A DNA stretch of 63,961 nt, filler included, from Octopus bimaculoides (lineage: Eukaryota), in assembly GCF_001194135.2 (NCBI RefSeq). It is 7 parts of 6 records of this genome, joined end to end, with 100 filler letters (N's around TTAATTAATTAA, not from the genome) between each part and the next. Parts side by side here need not be neighbours in the genome. Positions count along the whole stretch, not along the records: positions 62,677 to 63,961 come from NW_026418303.1; 6 more parts are not named here. The stretch is one strand, 5' to 3'. Under the pieces are notes generated by a model. The model was not told where the DNA came from and ran no database searches. It saw nothing but the letters and a program-made list of their open reading frames with translations. A program made the translations under genes and the position numbers. This document shows, one piece after another, positions 63,587 through 63,961 of the stretch; positions within the stretch are counted from its first letter, which is position 1, and every line of letters starts with the position of its first letter.

Positions 63587-63961
63587 TGACACTGATGGTG
63601 ATGATGGTGTTGGTGGCAGCAATGAGAAAGTCAATGCTGCTGATGATGATGATGATGATGACAGCANNNNNNNNNNAGCAATGAGAAAGTCAATGCTGCT
63701 GATGATGATGATGATGATGACAGCAACAATAGTGATGGTAGCAGTGGTGGTGGTGGTGGTGGTGAGTGAGGAAACAACAGGTAAGAAAGTTAAAAGAAGG
63801 AGAGAGAGAAGATGGGGCAGGTGGCGATTTATGGATTATGATCTGGTATGTCAAATGGAGAAGAGGATGAGGAAAAAACAGGTGATGACAATGATGACGA
63901 TGGTGATGAGGATGATGATGACAATGGTAATGATAATGATGACGACGACAATGATGATGAT
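62677..63961. repeat. (GAT)n/(GGT)n/(TAA)n compound trinucleotide field
   Basis: Direct inspection; produces poly-D, poly-M and poly-N pseudo-ORFs. Confidence 0.93.

Noticed and set aside
62679-63684. Poly-Asp/Gly ORF resembling an acidic biomineralisation protein
   Set aside because: Impure (GAT)n/(GGT)n array, open in several frames, with no signal peptide or splice context.

Overview
AT-rich, microsatellite-saturated animal genomic DNA with many N gaps. The SINE families and (TA)n/(CA)n/(TAA)n load look like coleoid cephalopod (Octopus-type) DNA; this is inferred, not proven. The window is at least seven assembly pieces joined by six ~100-nt spacers (N44-TTAATTAATTAA-N44), so adjacency across 8055, 28921, 46254, 49353, 60025 and 62621 is not guaranteed. 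Two host genes are recognisable, both MFS transporters on the minus strand within one piece. (1) An SLC17/sialin-like gene whose TM2-to-C-terminus is one ~1.25 kb uninterrupted exon (45009-43760). It has a single in-frame TAG exactly where the family has a conserved Trp, and an hAT MITE sits just upstream of its likely splice acceptor. (2) The first coding exon of an SLC16/monocarboxylate-transporter-like gene (30463-30253). The rest is mostly mobile-element debris: Helitron, mariner, hAT, Penelope-like elements, RTE, CR1/L2-like and R4/Dong-like LINEs, three tRNA-SINE families and MITEs. Most ORF-track entries are gap or microsatellite artefacts. The top lead is the TAG-for-Trp codon, a possible A-to-I editing-rescued stop (UAG read as UGG), though a young pseudogene or base error is equally possible. 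Other leads are a 77-nt near-perfect hairpin, a twin-primed RTE insertion and a 267-bp foldback. All family assignments come from motif recognition by eye; no searches were run.
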